Below, one piece after another: positions 61,367 through 64,000 of a stretch of 64,000 nucleotides of DNA; the stretch's first letter is position 1; each line of letters starts with the position of its first letter. The stretch spans positions 18,250 to 82,249 of the forward strand of contig CAWCXS010000003.1 of NCBI GenBank assembly GCA_963799615.1, written 5' to 3'. The notes beneath the pieces were generated by a model. It saw only the letters and a program-made list of their open reading frames with translations. It had not been told where the DNA came from and searched no databases. The DNA is from an uncultured Gaiellaceae bacterium (lineage in GTDB: Bacteria; Actinomycetota; Thermoleophilia; Gaiellales; Gaiellaceae). A program made the translations under genes and the position numbers.

Positions 61367-62615
61367 TCACCCGAAGATGGCTAGGCGCTCGCTCGGTCTC
61401 AGACCGGCGTCCAGCCGCCAGACTGCCATTCGAGCACCCTGTCCTCGCTCTTCGGCACCCGCCGGAGGACCGGTTCGCGCAAGCCCCAGTTGTCTCGCGA
61501 GGAACGGCGTCAGGTACCGGCCGACGATCTTCGCGGGAGGCCACCAGGGAGCGACGGTGCTCAATGTCTGGCCCGGATCATCGGCGTCGAGGCGGAGATA
61601 GCGCGGGAACATCCCGGTCAGGAGCTGCCCGCGCAGGACGGGGTGGAAGGGTGCGGGATCGATCGGGAAACCGAGGGTGAAGGCGATCGTGTCAATCGCC
61701 GCATCGGCTTGTTGCGTCGCGATTCCGCCGTGTCGGACCGGGAAGCTCGTCATGTCGCCCGCCGCGTAGACGTCGTCGGTTTCGACAACGCGACAATGGC
61801 TCGTCGACGGGAACGAACCCGTCGGCGTCGCAGGGTATCCCGGGAAGATGTCGGCCCTCGAGCCCGGCCATCGCCACGACGTGGTCTGCCGGGATCGAGC
61901 GGTTGTCGCCGAGGAGCAGTTCGCCGGCGGCTGTAGCCCGTGACCTCAGCGGAGGTGACGAGCTGGATGCTCCGGTCGGCCAGCAGTTGGCTGAGCTCGT
62001 CGCCCGCTCCAGGCCCGAACGGTGCGAAGAGCGAGCTCTCCGGAGTGACGATCGTGATGACGACCTGGTGAGCGCCGCGGTCGGCGAGGTAGTTCTGGGT
62101 CTCGAGCGCGAGCTCGTAGAGGGGCAGACTGCCGGGTCGGGGCCGGAGGGAGAACGAATGCCAGTCGGCGTGCGGATCCGGTCACGAGTGCATCGAGAAG
62201 CTCGGCAAGCGCGTGCTGGTCATCGGGGCCACCAAAGGTGACTGCACCCTCGAGAGCAGGCTTCGAGACGGCTCCGAGGGCCAGCAACAGTGCGTCGTAC
62301 GACACCTCGCCCTCATCGGTGGCGACGGCATGGCGAGCGGAGTCGACCGACAATACCCGCGCCCGACGGAACATCCCGCCGGCCGCTGCCATGAGCTCGC
62401 CGAGCGGGTATCGGCGCACCTCGTCGGCCAGGAATGGGAGCTGCGACGGACAGCGCTTTGACCACGAAGTCCTGCTCTGTCGCCACGACCTCGACGGTTA
62501 CCGCCTCACCGGCGACGGCTCGGAGAGCAAGTACTCCTTCCAACGCTGCGACTCCGCCGCCCGCGATGACGACGTGGGGAACGCCGTTGCCGTGTTGGTT
62601 CGCTCGGTTGCTCAT
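61367..62615 (-). CDS. FAD-dependent pyridine nucleotide-disulfide oxidoreductase (SQR-like fold); several frameshifts
   Basis: IAGGGVAALE, YDALLLALGA, LPLYELAL, AAGDMTSFPVRHGGIATQQAD, WWPPAKIVGRYL. Confidence 0.75.
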
Positions 62616-62818
62616 GGTGACCGATCGTCCCGTCTCGATGAAGCGGCGGCATCGGTGGTCTCGCCGATCGACGATCGGGAAACTACGTCGCGTTCCGCCC
62701 AATCGGCCGGCCCCGAACCTCGGAGGCCGGACAAGCGCCAGCCGGCCGACGTTCGTTGCGAGTCGCGTCGGCCGGCTATCGGGGTCGGTGTTGTGATTAC
62801 GCGTGAGCGCCGACTGGC

Positions 62819-63892
62819 TCAGCCTCGTGCACCGCCAGTTCCACCGGGACGGCCTGGAGCACGACCTTGAGCGCGTGCGTCTCGGCCGCGGCGGCGAAGA
62901 CGTCGTACGCGGCCTCGGTCTCGGCGAGCGGGAAGTGGTGCGTCGCGAACACCGTCGGGTCGAGCCGGCCGCCCTCGATCAGCTTGAGCAGCGTCGGCGT
63001 CGTGCTGCGTGTCGACGAGACCCGTGGTGATCGTCACGTCGCGGATCCACAGCCTCTCGAGGTGGAGCGTCGCGCACTTGCCGTGCACGCCGACGTTCGC
63101 GACGCGTCCGCCCGGTCGGATCAGCTCGGTGCAGAGCTCGAATGTCTCGCGGCACGCCGACCGCCTCGATCGCGACGTCCGCGCCGAGGCCGCCGGTCAG
63201 CTCCATCACCCGCGCGACCGCGTCCTCGTCGCCGTTGTTGATGATCGACGTCGGCGCCGAACTCGAGCGCCTTCTCGAGCCGGCAGTCGGCGAGGTCGAT
63301 CGCGATGATCCGGCTCGGCGTGTGCAGCTTCGCCGTCATGATCGCGGCGAGGCCGATCGGGCCGGCGCCGACGACCGCGACGGTGTCGCCCGGCTCGACC
63401 CGTCCGTTGAGGACGCCGACCTCGTAGGCCGTCGGGAGGATGTCGGCGAGGAAGAGCACCTGCTCGTCGCTGAGGCCGTCCGGCACCTTGTAGACCGAGG
63501 TGTCGGCGAACGGCACGCGCGCGTACTCGGCCTGGAGGCCGTCGATCAGGTGGCCGAAGATCCAGCCGCCGCCGCCGATGCAGAGGCCGTAGTGGCCTTC
63601 CTTGCAGAAGCGGCAGCGGCCGCAGGCGCTGATGCACGAGACGAGCACCCGGTCGCCCGCGGCGATCGTCGTGACGCGCGGCGCCGATCTCGACGACGGT
63701 GCCGACCGCCTCGTGGCCGAGGATCGTCCCCGGCGTCACCTCGGGGACGTCGCCCTTGAGGATGTGCAGGTCGGTGCCGCAGATCGTCGACGAGTCGATG
63801 CGGACGATCGCGTCGGTCGGATCGATGATCGACGGGTCGGGGACGGACTCCCAGGCTCGCTGGCCGGGGCCGTGGTAGACGAGCGCTTTCAT
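62819..63892 (-). CDS. Zn-dependent alcohol dehydrogenase family; frameshifted
   Basis: MKALVYHGPG, ICGTDLH, GHEAVG, CGRCRFC...C, ADILPT, GAGPIG. Confidence 0.9.
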
Positions 63893-64000
63893 CGGAGTGC
63901 CTTTCTCGAGTGGGATGGCCGTGCCGGACGCGGCGCGAGGACGAAGTGGACGCCGTGGGTCTCCTCGAGAGACATGCTGGAGCCCGTGCCGGCAGCGACG

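Overview
High-GC bacterial DNA (about 70% by eye). Gene content suggests an actinobacterium, probably Thermoleophilia/Gaiellales-like (inference). Four blocks. (1) 1-18.4 kb: catabolic/redox genes, including a UGSC-type selenoprotein with an in-frame TGA and SECIS-like hairpin, a structured intergenic repeat family, and an operon of a MIO-less ammonia-lyase homologue, an amidohydrolase and a thiol dioxygenase that resembles oxidative ergothioneine catabolism. (2) 18.4-23 kb: znuACB/zur, an XRE regulator and membrane proteins. (3) 23-40.8 kb: a type IVa pilus locus with twin major pilins, an apparent PilM-PilN fusion, a ~900-aa repeat-bearing minor pilin and six sigma-28-like promoters. It is followed by a geranylgeranyl reductase, a TolB-lysyl oxidase fusion, tRNA-Tyr and tRNA-Thr. 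(4) 44.7-64 kb: an accessory-looking low-oxygen block with an ArsR-led Ehr/Hyf-like complex whose large subunit keeps both CxxC motifs, a 2-oxoacid:ferredoxin oxidoreductase operon, an FAD oxidoreductase and an ADH. Many genes carry single-base frameshifts, densest after 47 kb. These look like long-read consensus errors, but decay cannot be excluded. All calls come from motif reading; no searches were run.
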